Origin: Eledone cirrhosa
Lineage: Eukaryota
Direction of reading: 5' to 3'
Assembly (NCBI GenBank): GCA_964016885.1
Contig: OZ024741.1
Coordinates: 258,416,001-258,480,000, forward strand
DNA length: 64,000 nucleotides
Part shown: one piece after another, positions 25,101-40,600 of the stretch
Position numbering within the stretch: position 1 is the stretch's first letter
How the letters are laid out: the number at the start of each line of letters is the position of its first letter
Position numbers and translations under genes: made by a program
The notes under the pieces: generated by a model
Told to the model about the DNA's origin: nothing
What the model saw: only the letters and a program-made list of their open reading frames with translations
Database searches by the model: none

Positions 25101-28100
25101 TGAGTGTTTCGACTTACGAGTGTTTCGGCTTATGAGTGTTTCGACTTACGTGTGTTTCGGTTTACGAGTGTTTCGACTTACGAGTGTTTCGACTTACGGG
25201 TGTTTCGACTTACGAGTGTTTCGACTACGAGTGTTTCGACTTACGAGTGTTTCGGCTTACGAGTGTTTCCACATACGGGTGTTTCGACTTACGATGTTTC
25301 GGCTTACGAGTGTTTCGACTTACGAGTATTCTGACTTACGGGTGTTTCGACTTGCGGGTGTTTCGACTTAAGAGTGTTTCGACTTACGAGCGCTTCGACT
25401 TACGAGTGTTCTGACTTACGAGTGTTCCGACTTACGAGTGTTTCGGCTTACTAGTGTTTCGACTTACGAGTGTTCCGGCTTACGCGTGTTTCGACTTACG
25501 AGTGTTTCGGCTTATGAGTGTTTCGACTTACGAGTGCTTCGGCTTACGAGTGTTTCGACTTACGAGTGTTTCGGCTTACGAGAGTTTCGACTTACGAATG
25601 TTTTGGCTTACGAGTGTTTCGGCTTACGAGTGTTTCGACTTACGGGTGTTTCGACTTACGGGTGTTCCGACTTAAGAGTGATTCGACTTACGAGCGCTTC
25701 GACTTACGAGTGTTCCGACTTACGAGTGTTTCTGCTTACGAGTGTTTCGACTTACGAATGTTTCGACTTACGAGTGTTTCGGCTTAAGAGTGTTTCGACT
25801 TACTAATGTTTTTACTTACGAGTGTTTCGGCGTACGAGTGTTTCGACTTACGAGTGTTTCGGCTTACGAGTGTTTCGACTTACGAGTGTTTTTACGTAAG
25901 GGTGTTTCGACTTACGAGTATTTTTGGCTTACGAGTGTTTCGACTTACGAGTGTTTTGACTTACGAGTGTTCTGATTTACGAATGTTTCGACATACGAGT
26001 GTTTTGACTTACGATGTTTCGACTTACGAGTGTTTCGACTTACGAGTGTTTCGACTTACGGGTGTTTCGACTTACGAGTGTTTCGACTTACGAATGTTTC
26101 GACTTACGGGTGTTCCGGCTTACGAGTGTTTCGACTTACGAGTGTTCTGACTTACGAGTGTTCTGACTTACGAGTGTTCCGGCTTACGAGTTTTTCGACT
26201 TACGAGTGTTTCGACTTACGAGTGTTTCTACTTACGAGTGTTTCGGCTTACGAGTGGTTTGACTTACGAGTGTTCTGACTACGAGTGTTCTGACTTACGA
26301 GTGTTCTGACTTACGAGTGTTCCGGCTTACGAGTTTTTCGACTTACGAGTGTTTCGACTTACGAGTGTTTCGACTTACGAGTGTTTCGACTTGCGAGTGT
26401 TTCGACTACGGGTGTTTCGACTTACGAATGTTTTGACTTACGGATGTTTTGACTTACGGGTGTTTCGGCTTACGAGTGTTTCGACTTACGAGTGTTCTGA
26501 CTTACGAGTGTTCTGACTTACGAGTGTTCTGACTTACGAGTGTTCCGACTTACGAGTGTTTCGGCTTTCGAGTGTTTCGACTTACGAGTGTTTCGGGTTA
26601 CGAGTGTTTCGACATACGAATGTTTTCGCTTACGAGTGTTTCCGCTTAGGAGTGTTTCGACTTACGAGTGTTTCGACTTACGAGTGTTTTGACTTACGGT
26701 TTTTCGGCTTGCGAGTGTTTCGACATACGAGTGTTTTGACTTACGGGCGTTTCGACTTACGGGTGTTTCGACTTACGAGTGTTTCGACTTACGAGTGTTC
26801 TGACTTATGAGTGTTCTGACTTGCGAGTGTTCCGACTTACGACTGTTTCGACTTACGAGTGTTTTGACTTACGAGTGTTCCGACTTACGAGTGTTTCGGC
26901 TTATGGGTGTTTTGACGTACGAGTATTTTTGGCTTACGAGTGTTTCTACTTACGAGTGTTTTGAATTACGATTGTTTCGGCTTACGAGTGTTTCGACTTA
27001 CGAGTATTTCGACTTACGAGTTTTTTTACTTACGGTGTTTCGGCTTACGAGTGTTTCGACTTATGAGTGTTCTGATTTACGGATGTTTCGACATACGAGT
27101 GTTTTGACTTACGGTGTTTCGACTTACGAGTGTTTCGACTTACGAGTGTTTTGATTTACGAGTGTTTTGACTTACGGGTGTTTCGACTTACGCGTGTTTC
27201 GACTTACGAGTGTTTCGACTTACGAGTGTTTCGACTTACGAGTGTTTCGGCTATGAGTGTTTTGACTTACGGGTGTTTCGACTTACGGGTGTTTCGACTT
27301 ACGAGTGTTTCGACTTACGTGTGTTTCCGCTTACGAGTGTTTCGGCTTACGAGTGTTTCGAATTACGAGTGTTTTGGCTTACGAATGTTTTGACTTACGG
27401 GTGTTTCGGTGTACGAGTGTTTCGACTTAAGGATGTTTCGACTTACGAGTGTTTCGACTTACGAGTGTTTCGACTTACGAGTGTTTCGACTTACGAGTGT
27501 TTTGGCTTACGAATGTTTTGACTTACGGGTGTTTCGACTTACGGGTGTTTCGGCTTACGAGTGTTTCGACTTACGAGTGTTTTGACTTACGAGTGTTCTG
27601 ACTTACGAGTGTTCTGACTTACGAGTGTTACGAGTTACGAGTGTTCCGACTTACGAGTGTTTCGGCTTACGAGTGTTTCGGCTTACGAGTGTTTCGGCTT
27701 ACGAGTGTTTTGACTTACGAGTGTTCTGACTACGAGTGTTCTGACTTACGGGTGTTCTGACTTACGAGTGTTCCGACTTACGAGTGTTTCGGCTAATGAG
27801 TGTTTCGACTTACGGGCGTTTCGACTTACGGGTGTTTCGACTTACGAGTGTTTTGACTTACGAGTGTTCTGACTTACGAGTGTTCTGACTTACGAGAGTT
27901 CCGACTTACGACTGTTTCGACTTACGAGTGTTTTGACTTACGAGTGTTCCGACTTACGAGTGTTTCGGCTTATGGGTGTTTTGACGTACGAGTATTTTTG
28001 GCTTACGAGTGTTTCTACTTACGAGTGTTTTGAATTACGATTGTGTCGGCTTACGAGTGTTTCGACTTACGAGTATTTCGACTTACGAGTTTTTTTACTT

Positions 28101-31100
28101 ACGGTGTTTCGGCTTACGAGTGTTTCGACTTATGAGTGTTCTGATTTACGGATGTTTCGACATACGAGTGTTTTGACTTACGGTGTTTTGACTTACGGGT
28201 GTTTCGGCTAATGAGTGTTTCGACTTACGGGCGTTTCGACTTACGGGTGTTTCGACTTACGAGTGTTTTGACTTACGAGTGTTCTGACTTACGAGTGTTC
28301 TGACTTACGAGAGTTCCGACTTACGACTGTTTCGACTTACGAGTGTTTTGACTTACGAGTGTTCTGACTACGAGTGTTCTGACTTACGGGTGTTCTGACT
28401 TACGAGTGTTCCGACTTACGAGTGTTTCGGCTAATGAGTGTTTTGACTTACGAGTGTTTCGACTTATGAGTGTTTCGACTTACGAGTGTTTCGGCTTACG
28501 AGTGGTTTGACTTACGAGTGTTCTGACTACGAGTGTTTTGACTTACGAGTATTTCGGCTTATGAGTGTTTCGACTTACGAGTGTTTCGGCTTATGAGTGT
28601 TTCGACTTACGTGTGTTTCGGTTTACGAGTGTTTCGACTTACGAGTGTTTCGACTTACGGGTGTTTCGACTTACGAGTGTTTCGACTACGAGTGTTTCGA
28701 CTTACGAGTGTTTCGGCTTACGAGTGTTTCGACATACGGGTGTTTCGACTTACGATGTTTCGGCTTACGAGTGTTTCGACTTACGAGTATTCTGACTTAC
28801 GGGTGTTTCGACTTACGGGTGTTTCGACTTAAGAGTGTTTCGACTTACGAGCGCTTCGACTTACGAGTGTTCTGACTTACGAGTGTTCCGACTTACGAGT
28901 GTTTCGGCTTACGAGTGTTTCGACTTACGAGTGTTCCGGCTTACGCGTGTTTCGACTTACGAGTGTTTCGGCTTATGAGTGTTTCGACTTACGAGTGCTT
29001 CGGCTTACGAGTGTTTCGACTTACGAGTGTTTCGGCTTACGAGAGTTTTGACTTACGAATGTTTTGGCTTACGAGTGTTTCGGCTTACGAGTGTTTCGAC
29101 TTACGGGTGTTTCGACTTACGGGTGTTCCGACTTAAGAGTGATTCGACTTACGAGCGCTTCGACTTACGAGTGTTCCGACTTACGAGTGTTTCTGCTTAC
29201 GAGTGTTTCGACTTACGAATGTTTCGACTTACGAGTGTTTCGGCTTACGAGTGTTTCGACTTACCAAAGTTTTTACTTACGAGTGTTTCGGCGTACGAGT
29301 GTTTCGACTTACGAGTGTTTCGGCTTACGAGTGTTTCGACTTACGAGTGTTTTTACTTAAGGGTGTTTCGACTTACGAGTATTTTTGGCTTACGAGTGTT
29401 TCGACTTACGAGTGTTTTGACTTACGAGTGTTCTGATTTACGAATGTTTCGACATACGAGTGTTTTGACTTACGATGTTTCGACTTACGAGTGTTTCGAC
29501 TTACGAGTGTTTCGACTTACGGGTGTTTCGACTTACGAGTGTTTCGACTTACGAATGTTTCGACTTACGGGTGTTCCGGCTTACGAGTGTTTCGACTTAC
29601 GACGGTTCTGACTTACGAGTGTTCTGACTTACGAGTGTTCCGGCTTACGAGTTTTTCGACTTACGAGTGTTTCGACTTACGAGTGTTTCGACTTACGAGT
29701 GTTTCGGCTTACGAGTGGTTTGACTTACGAGTGTTCTGACTACGAGTGTTCTGACTTACGAGTGTTTCGGCTTATGAGTGTTTCGACTTACGAGTGTTTC
29801 GGTTTATGAGTGTTTCGACTTACGAGTGTTTCGGCTTACGAGTGTTTCGACTTACGAATGTTTCGACTTACGGTTGTTTCGACTTACGAGTGTTTCGTCT
29901 ACGAGTGTTTCGACTTACGAGTGTTTCGGCTTACGAGTGTTTCGACTTACGAATGTTTCGACTTACGGGTGTTTCGACTTACGAGTGTTTCGTCTACGAG
30001 TGTTTCGACTTACGAGTGTTTCGGCTTACGAGTGTTTCGACATACGGGTGTTTCGACTTACGGTGTTTCGGCTTACGAGTGTTTCGACTTACGAGTGTTT
30101 TGACTTACGAGTGTTCTGACTTACGAGTGTTCCGACTTACGAGTGTTCCGACTTACGAGTGTTTCGGCTTACGAGTGTTTCGGCTTACGAGTGTTTCGGC
30201 TTACGAGTGGTTTGACTTACGAGTGTTCTGACTACGAGTGTTCTGACTTACGGGTGTTCTGACTTACGGTGTTCCGACTTACGAGTGTTTCGGCTAATGA
30301 GTGTTTCGACTTACGGGCGTTTCGACTTACGGGTGTTTCGAATTACGAGTGTTTTGACTTACGAGTGTTCTGACTTACGAGTGTTTTGACTTACGAGTGT
30401 TCCGACTTACGAGTGTTTCGGCTTACGGGTGTTTCGACGTACGAGTATTTTTGGCTTACGAGTGTTTCGAGTTACGAGTGTTTTGAATTACGATTATTTC
30501 GGCTTACGAGTGTTTCGACTTACGAGTATTTCGACTTACGAGTTTTTTTACTTACGGTGTTTCGGCTTACGAGTGTTTCGACTTACGAGTGTTTCGACTT
30601 ACGGGTGTTTTGACATACGAGTGTTTCGATATGAGTGCTCTGACTTACGAGTGTTCTGACTTACGAGTGTTCTGACTTACGAGTGTTCTGACTTACGGGT
30701 GTTCTGACTTACGTGTGTTCCGACTTACGAGTGTTTCGGCTATGGGTGTTTCGACTTACGAGTGTTTCGACTTACGAATGTTTCGACTTACGGGTGTTTC
30801 GGCTTACGAGTGTTTCGACTTACGAGTGTTCTGACTTACGAGTGTTCTGACTTACGAGTGTTCCGGCTTACGAGTTTTTCGACTTACGAGTGTTTCGACT
30901 TACGAGTGTTTCGACTTACGAGTGTTTCGGCTTACGAGTGGTTTGACTTACGAGTGTTCTGACTACGAGTGTTCTGACTTACGAGTGTTTCGGCTTATGA
31001 GTGTTTCGACTTACGAGTGTTTCGGTTTATGAGTGTTTCGACTTACGAGTGTTTCGGCTTACGAGTGTTTCGACTTACGAATGTTTCGACTTACGGGTGT

Positions 31101-34100
31101 TTCGAATTACGAGTGTTTCGTCTACGAGTGTTTCGACTTACGAGTGTTTGGGCTTACGAGTGTTTCGACATACGGGTGTTTCGACTTACGGTGTTTCGGC
31201 TTACGAGTGTTTCGACTTACGAGTGTTTCGACTACGAATGTTTCGACTTACGAGTGCTTTGACTTACGAGTGTTCTGACTACGAGTGTTCTGACTTACGG
31301 GTGTTCTGACTTACGAGTGTTCCGACTTACGAGTGTTTCGGCTAATGAGTGTTTCGACTTACGGGCGTTTCGACTTACGGGTGTTTCGATTTACGAGTGT
31401 TTTGACTTACGAGTGTTCTGACTTACGAGTGTTCTGACTTACGAGAGTTCCGACTTACGACTGTTTCGACTTACGAGTGTTTTGACCTGCGAGTGTTCCG
31501 ACTTACGAGTGTTTCGGCTTATGGGTGTTTTGACGTACGAGTATTTTTGGATAACGAGTGTTTCTACTTACGAGTGTTTTGAATTACGATTGTTTCGGCT
31601 TACGAGTGTTTCGACTTACGAGTATTTCGACTTACGAGTTTTTTTACTTACGGTGTTTCGGCTTACGAGTGTTTCGACTTATGAGTGTTCTGATTTACGG
31701 ATGTTTCGACATACGAGTGTTTTGACTTACGGTGTTTCGACTTACGAGTGTTTCGACTTACGGGTGTTTCGACTTACGAGTGTTTCGACTTACGAGTGTT
31801 ACGACTTACGGGTGTTTCGGCTTACGAGTGTTTCGACTGCGAGTGTTCTGACTTACGAGTGTTCTGACTTACGAGTGTTCCGGCTTACGAGTTTTTCGAC
31901 TTACGAGTGTTTCGACTTACGAGTGTTTCGGCTTACAAGTGTTTCGGCTTACGAGTGGTTTGACTTACGAGTGTTCTGACTACGAGTGTTCTGTCTTACG
32001 AGTGTTTCGACTTACGAGTGTTTCGGCTTATGAGTGTTTCGACTTACGAGTGTTTCGGCTTACGAGTCTTTCGACTTACGAGTGTTTCGACTTACGGGTG
32101 TTTCGACTTACGAGTGTTTCGACTACGAATGTTTCGACTTACGAGTGTTTCGGCTTACGAGTGTTTCGACTTATGGGTGTTTCGACTTACGAGTGTTTTT
32201 ACTTACGGTGTTTCGGCTTACGAGTGTTTCGACATACGAGTGTTTTGACTTACGGGTGTTTCGACTTACGAGTGTTTCGACTTACGAATGTTTTGACTTA
32301 CGGGTGTTTCGGCTTACGAGTGTTTCGATTTATGAGTGTTTCGGCTTACGAGTGTTTCGACTTACTAATGTTTTTACTTACGAGTGTTTCGGCGTACGAG
32401 AGTTTTGACTTACGAGTGTTTCTACTTACGAGTGTTTCGACTTACGAGTGTTTTGACTTACGAATGTTTTGACTTACGGGTGTTTCGGCTTACGAGTGTT
32501 TCGACTTACGAGTCTTTCGGCTTACGAGTGTTTCGACTTACTAATGTTTTTACTTACGAGTGTTTCGGCGTACGAGTGTTTCGACTTACGAGTGTTTCGA
32601 CTTACGGGTGTTTTGACTTACGGGTGTTTCGGCTTACGAGTGTTTCGACTTACGAGTGTTTTGACTTAAGGGTGTTTCGACTTACGAGTATTTTTGGCTT
32701 ACGAGTCTTTCGACTTACGAGTGTTTTGACTTACGAGTGTTCTAATTTACGGATGTTTCGACATACGAGTGTTTTGACTTACGAGTGTTTCGACTTATGA
32801 GTGTTTCGACTTACGAGTGTTTCGGCTTACGAGTGGTTTGACTTACGAGTGTTCTGACTACGAGTGTTTTGACTTACGAGTATTTCGGCTTATGAGTGTT
32901 TCGACTTACGAGTGTTTCGGCTTATGAGTGTTTCGACTTACGTGTGTTTCGGTTTACGAGTGTTTCGACTTACGAGTGTTTCGACTTACGGGTGTTTCGA
33001 CTTACGAGTGTTTCGACTACGAGTGTTTCGACTTACGAGTGTTTCGGCTTACGAGTGTTTCCACATACGGGTGTTTCGACTTACGATGTTTCGGCTTACG
33101 AGTGTTTCGACTTACGAGTATTCTGACTTACGGGTGTTTCGACTTACGGGTGTTTCGACTTAAGAGTGTTTCGACTTACGAGCGCTTCGACTTACGAGTG
33201 TTCTGACTTACGAGTGTTCCGACTTACGAGTGTTTCGGCTTACTAGTGTTTCGACTTACGAGTGTTCCGGCTTACGCGTGTTTCGACTTACGAGTGTTTC
33301 GGCTTATGAGTGTTTCGACTTACGAGTGCTTCGGCTTACGAGTGTTTCGACTTACGAGTGTTTCGGCTTACGAGAGTTTCGACTTACGAATGTTTTGGCT
33401 TACGAGTGTTTCGGCTTACGAGTGTTTCGACTTACGGGTGTTTCGACTTACGGGTGTTCCGACTTAAGAGTGATTCGACTTACGAGCGCTTCGACTTACG
33501 AGTGTTCCGACTTACGAGTGTTTCTGCTTACGAGTGTTTCGACTTACGAATGTTTCGACTTACGAGTGTTTCGGCTTAAGAGTGTTTCGACTTACTAATG
33601 TTTTTACTTACGAGTGTTTCGGCGTACGAGTGTTTCGACTTACGAGTGTTTCGGCTTACGAGTGTTTTTACGTAAGGGTGTTTCGACTTACGAGTATTTT
33701 TGGCTTACGAGTGTTTCGACTTACGAGTGTTTTGACTTACGAGTGTTCTGATTTACGAATGTTTCGACATACGAGTGTTTTGACTTACGATGTTTCGACT
33801 TACGAGTGTTTCGACTTACGAGTGTTTCGACTTACGGGTGTTTCGACTTACGAGTGTTTCGACTTACGAATGTTTCGACTTACGGGTGTTCCGGCTTACG
33901 AGTGTTTCGACTTACGAGTGTTCTGACTTACGAGTGTTCTGACTTACGAGTGTTCCGGCTTACGAGTTTTTCGACTTACGAGTGTTTCGACTTACGAGTG
34001 TTTCTACTTACGAGTGTTTCGGCTTACGAGTGGTTTGACTTACGAGTGTTCTGACTACGAGTGTTCTGACTTACGAGTGTTCTGACTTACGAGTGTTCCG

Positions 34101-34618
34101 GCTTACGAGTTTTTCGACTTACGAGTGTTTCGACTTACGAGTGTTTCGACTTACGAGTGTTTCGACTTGCGAGTGTTTCGACTACGGGTGTTTCGACTTA
34201 CGAATGTTTTGACTTACGGATGTTTTGACTTACGGGTGTTTCGGCTTACGAGTGTTTCGACTTACGAGTGTTCTGACTTACGAGTGTTCTGACTTACGAG
34301 TGTTCTGACTTACGAGTGTTCCGACTTACGAGTGTTTCGGCTTTCGAGTGTTTCGACTTACGAGTGTTTCGGGTTACGAGTGTTTCGACATACGAATGTT
34401 TTCGCTTACGAGTGTTTCCGCTTAGGAGTGTTTCGACTTACGAGTGTTTCGACTTACGAGTGTTTTGACTTACGGTTTTTCGGCTTGCGAGTGTTTCGAC
34501 ATACGAGTGTTTTGACTTACGGGCGTTTCGACTTACGGGTGTTTCGACTTACGAGTGTTTCGACTTACGAGTGTTCTGACTTATGAGTGTTCTGACTTGC
34601 GAGTGTTCCGACTTACGA
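19132..34618 (+). repeat. Tandem duplication of a ~7.7-kb HOR unit (19132-26828, 26829-~34618)
   Basis: Offsets are +7697 (19433/27130, 20868/28565), then +7792 (22594/30386, 25104/32896), then +7776 (26556/34332). Private variants include GACTTACCAAAG (21561, 29258), TACGACGGTTCTG (21901, 29598) and GATTGTGTCGG (20342, 28039). Confidence 0.92.
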
Positions 34619-37600
34619 GTGCTTCGGCTTACGAGTGTTTCGACATACGAGTGTTTTGACTTACGGATGTTTCAACTTACGGGTGTTTCGACTTACGAGT
34701 GTTTCGACTTACGAGTGTTCTGACTACGAGTGTTCTGACTTACGGGTGCTCTGACTTACGAGTGTTTCGACTTACGAGTGTTTCGACTTACGAGTGTTTC
34801 GGCTTACGAGTGTTTCGACTTACGAGTGTTTTGACTTACGAATGTTTTGCCTTACGGGTGTTCCGGTTTACGAGTGTTTCGACTTACGAGTATTCTGACT
34901 TACGAGTGTTCCGACTTACGGGTGTTTCGACTTACGAGTGTTTCGACTTACGAGTGTTCCGACCTATGAGGGTTTCGGCTTACTGGTGTTCCGACTTACG
35001 AGTATTTTCGGCTGACGAGTGTTTCGAGTTACGAGTGTTTTGACTTACGATTGTTTCGGCTTACGAGTGTTTCGGCTTACGAGTGTTTTGATTTACGAGT
35101 GTTTTGACTTACGGGTGTTTCGACTTACGCGTGTTTCGACTTACGAGTGTTTCGACTTACGAGTGTTCCGACTTACGAGTGTTTCGGCTATGAGTGTTTT
35201 GACTTACGGGTGTTTCGACTTACGGGTGTTTCGACTTACGAGTGTTTCGACTTACGTGTGTTTCCGCTTACGAGTGTTTCGGCTTACGAGTGTTTCGAAT
35301 TACGAGTGTTTTGGCTTACGAATGTTTTGACTTACGGGTGTTTCGGTGTACGAGTGTTTCGACTTAAGGATGTTTCGACTTACGAGTGTTTCGACTTACG
35401 AGTGTTTCGACTTACGAGTGTTCTGACTTACGAGTGTTACGAGTTACGAGTGTTCCGACTTACGAGTGTTTCGGCTTACGAGTGTTTCGGCTTACGAGTG
35501 TTTCGGCTTACGAGTGTTTTGACTTACGAGTGTTCTGACTACGAGTGTTCTGACTTACGGGTGTTCTGACTTACGAGTGTTCCGACTTACGAGTGTTTCG
35601 GCTAATGAGTGTTTCGACTTACGGGCGTTTCGACTTACGGGTGTTTCGACTTACGAGTGTTTTGACTTACGAGTGTTCTGACTTACGAGTGTTCTGACTT
35701 ACGAGAGTTCCGACTTTCGACTGTTTCGACTTACGAGTGTTTTGACTTACGAGTGTTCCGACTTACGAGTGTTTCGGCTTATGGGTGTTTTGACGTACGA
35801 GTATTTTTGGCTTACGTGTGTTTCTACTTACGAGTGTTTTGAATTACGATTGTTTCGGCTTACGAGTGTTTCGACTTACGAGTATTTCGACTTACGAGTT
35901 TTTTTACTTACGGTGTTTCGGCTTACGAGTGTTTCGACTTATGAGTGTTCTGATTTACGGATGTTTCGACATACGAGTGTTTTGACTTACGGTGTTTCGA
36001 CTTACGAGTGTTTCGACTTACGAGTGTTTCGACATACGGGCGTTTCGACTTACGAGTGTTTCGACTTACGAGTGTTACGACTTACGGGTGTTCTGACTTA
36101 CGAGTGTTTCGACTTACGAGTGTTCTGACTTACGGGTGTTTCGACTTACGAGTGTTTCGACTTACGAATGTTTTGACTTACGGGTGTTTCGGCTTACGAG
36201 TGGTTTGACTTACGAGTGTTCTGACTACGAGTGTTCTGTCTTACGAGTGTTTCGACTTACGAGTGTTTCGGCTTATGAGTGTTTCGACTTACGAGTGTTT
36301 CGGCTTACGAGTCTTTCGACTTACGAGTGTTTCGACTTACGGGTGTTTCGACTTACGAGTGTTTCGACTACGAATGTTTCGACTTACGAGTGTTTCGGCT
36401 TACGAGTGTTTCGACTTATGGGTGTTTCGACTTACAAGTGTTTTTACTTACGGTGTTTCGGCTTACGAGTGTTTCGACATACGAGTGTTTTGACTTACGG
36501 GTGTTTCGACTTACGAGTGTTTCGACTTACGAATGTTTTGACTTACGGGTGTTTCGGCTTACGAGTGTTTCGATTTATGAGTGTTTCGGCTTACGAGTGT
36601 TTCGACTTACTAATGTTTTTACTTACGAGTGTTTCGGCGTACGAGAGTTTTGACTTACGAGTGTTTCTACTTACGAGTGTTTCGACTTACGAGTGTTTTG
36701 ACTTACGAATGTTTTGACTTACGGGTGTTTCGGCTTACGAGTGTTTCGACTTACGAGTCTTTCGGCTTACGAGTGTTTCGACTTACTAATGTTTTTACTT
36801 ACGAGTGTTTCGGCGTACGAGTGTTTCGACTTACGAGTGTTTCGACTTACGGGTGTTTTGACTTACGGGTGTTTCGGCTTACGAGTGTTTCGACTTACGA
36901 GTGTTTTGACTTAAGGGTGTTTCGACTTACGAGTATTTTTGGCTTACGAGTGTTTCGACTTACGAGTGTTTTGACTTACGAGTGTTCTAATTTACGGATG
37001 TTTCGACATACGAGTGTTTTGACTTACGAGTGTTTCGACTTATGAGTGTTTCGACTTACGAGTGTTTCGGCTTACGAGTGGTTTGACTTACGAGTGTTCT
37101 GACTACGAGTGTTTTGACTTACGAGTGTTTCGGCTTATGAGTGTTTCGACTTACGAGTGTTTCGGCTTATGAGTGTTTCGACTTACGAGTGTTTCGGTTT
37201 ACGAGTGTTTCGACTTACGAGTGTTTTTACTTAAGGGTGTTTCGACTTACGAGTATTTTTGGCTTACGAGTGTTTCGACTTACGAGTGTTTTGACTTACG
37301 AGTGTTCTGATTTACGAATGTTTCGACATACGAGTGTTTTGACTTACGATGTTTCGACTTACGAGTGTTTCGACTTACGAGTGTTTCGACTTACGGGTGT
37401 TTCGACTTACGAGTGTTTCGACTTACGAATGTTTCGACTTACGGGTGTTCCGGCTTACGAGTGTTTCGACTTACGAGTGTACTGACTTACGAGTGTTCTG
37501 ACTTACGAGTGTTCCGGCTTACGAGTTTTTCGACTTACGAGTGTTTCGACTTACGAGTGTTTCGACTTACGAGTGTTTCGACTTGCGAGTGTTTAGACTA

Positions 37601-40600
37601 CGGGTGTTTCGACTTACGAATGTTTTGACTTACGGATGTTTTGACTTACGGGTGTTTCGGCTTACGAGTGTTTCGACTTACGAGTGTTCTGACTTACGAG
37701 TGTTCTGACTTACGAGTGTTCTGACTTACGAGTGTTCCGACTTACGAGTGTTTCGGCTTTCGAGTGTTTCGACTTACGAGTGTTTCGGGTTACGAGTGTT
37801 TCGACTTACGAATGTTTTCGCTTACGAGTGTTTCGACTTACGAGTGTTTCGACTTACGAGTGTTTTGACTTACGGTTTTTCGGCTTGCGAGTGTTTCGAC
37901 ATACGAGTGTTTTGACTTACGGGCGTTTCGACTTACGGGTGTTTCGACTTACGAGTGTTTCGACTTACGAGTGTTCTGACTTACGAGTGTTCTGACTTGC
38001 GAGTGTTCCGACTTACGAGTGCTTCGGCTTACGAGTGTTTCGACATACGAGTGTTTTGACTTACGGGTGTTTCAACTTACGGCTGTTTCGACTTACGAGT
38101 GTTTCGACTTACGAGTGTTCTGACTACGAGTGTTCTGACTTACGGGTGCTCTGACTTACGAGTGTTTCGACTTACGAGTGTTTCGACTTACGAGTGTTTT
38201 GACTTACGAATGTTTTGCCTTACGGGTGTTCCGGTTTACGAGTGTTTCGACTTACGAGTATTCTGACTTACGAGTGTTCCGACTTACGGGTGTTTCGACT
38301 TACGAGTGTTTCGACTTACGAGTGTTCCGACCTATGAGGGTTTTGGCTTACTGGTGTTCCGACTTACGAGTATTTTCGGCTGACGAGTGTTTCGAGTTAC
38401 GAGTGTTTTGACTTACGATTGTTTCGGCTTACGAGTGTTTCGGCTTACGAGTGTTTTGATTTACGAGTGTTTTGACTTACGGGTGTTTCGACTTACGCGT
38501 GTTTCGACTTACGAGTGTTTCGACTTACGAGTGTTTCGGCTTATGAGTGTTTCGAATTACGAGTGTTTTGACTTGCGGGTATTTTGACATACGAGTGTTT
38601 CGGTACGAGTGTTCTGACTTACGAGTGTTCTGACTTACGAGTGTTCTGACTTACGAGTGTTCTGACTAACGGGTGTTCTGACTTACGAGTGTTCCGACTT
38701 ACGAGTGTTTCGGCTATGAGTGTTTTGACTTACGGGTGTTTCGACTTACGGGTGTTTCGTCTTACGAGTGTTTCGACTTACGTGTGTTTCCGCTTACGAG
38801 TGTTTCGGCTTACGAGTGTTTCGACTTACGAGTATTTCGACTTACGAGTTTTTTTACTTACGGTGTTTCGGCTTACGAGTGTTTCGACTTATGAGTGTTC
38901 TGATTTACGGATGTTTCGACATACGAGTGTTTTGACTTACGGTGTTTCGACTTACGAGTGTTTCGACTTACGAGTGTTTCGACTTACGGGTGTTTCGACT
39001 TACGAGTGTTTCGACTTACGAGTGTTACGACTTACGGGTGTTTCGGCTTACGAGTGTTTCGACTTACGAGTGTTCTGACTTACGAGTGTTCTGACTTACG
39101 AGTGTTCCGGCTTACGAGTTTTTCGACTTACGAGTGTTTCGACTTACGAGTGTTTCGGCTTACAAGTGTTTCGGCTTACGAGTGGTTTGACTTACGAGTG
39201 TTCTGACTACGAGTGTTCTGTCTTACGAGTGTTTCGACTTACGAGTGTTTCGGCTTATGAGTGTTTCGACTTACGAGTGTTTCGGCTTACGAGTGTTTCG
39301 ACTTACGAGTGTTTCGACTTACGGGTGTTTCGACTTACGAGTGTTTGGACTACGAATGTTTCGACTTACGAGTGTTTCGGCTTACGAGTGTTTCGACTTA
39401 TGGGTGTTTCGACTTACGAGTGTTTTTACTTACGGTGTTTCGGCTTACGAGTGTTTCGACATACGAGTGTTTTGACTTACGGGTGTTTCGACTTACGAGT
39501 GTTTCGACTTACGAATGTTTTGACTTACGGGTGTTTCGGCTTACGAGTGTTTCGATTTATGAGTGTTTCGGCTTACGAGTGTTTCGACTTACTAATGTTT
39601 TTACTTACGAGTGTTTCGGCGTACGAGAGTTTTGACTTACGAGTGTTTCTACTTACGAGTGTTTCGACTTACGAGTGTTTTGACTTACGAATGTTTTGAC
39701 TTACGGGTGTTTCGGCTTAGGAGTGTTTCGACTTACGAGTCTTTCGGCTTACGAGTGTTTCGACTTACTAATGTTTTTACTTACGAGTGTTTCGGCGTAC
39801 GAGTGTTTCGACTTACGAGTGTTTCGACTTACGGGTGTTTTGACTTACGGGTGTTTCGGCTTACGAGTGTTTCGACTTACGAGTGTTTTGACTTAAGGGT
39901 GTTTCGACTTACGAGAATTTTTGGCTTACGAGTGTTTCGACTTACGAGTGTTTTGACTTACGAGTGTTCTAATTTACGGATGTTTCGACATACGAGTGTT
40001 TTGACTTACGAGTGTTTCGACTTATGAGTGTTTCGACTTACGAGTGTTTCGGCTTACGAGTGGTTTGACTTATGAGTGTTTCGACTTACGAGTGTTTCGG
40101 TTTACGAGTGTTTCGACTTACGAGTGTTTCGACTTACGGGTGTTTCGACTTACGAGTGTTTCGACTACGAGTTTTCGACTTACGAGTGTTTCGGCTTACG
40201 AGTGTTTCGACATACGGGTGTTTCGACTTACGATGTTTCGGCTTACGAGTGTTTCGACTTACGAGTGTTCTGACTTACGGGTGTTTCGACTTACGGGTGT
40301 TTCGACTTAAGAGTGTTTCGACTTACGAGCGCTTCGACTTACGAGTGTTCTGACTTACGAGTGTTCCGACTTACGAGTGTTTCGGCTTACGAGTGTTTCG
40401 ACTTACGAGTGTTCCGGCTTACGCGTGTTTCGACTTACGAGTGTTTCGGCTTATGAGTGTTTCGACTTACGAGTGTTTCGGCTTACGAGTGTTTCGACTT
40501 ACGAGTGTTTCGGCTTACGAGAGTTTCGACTTACGAATGTTTTGGCTTACGAGTGTTTCGGCTTACGAGTGTTTCGACTTACGGGTGTTTCGACTTACGG

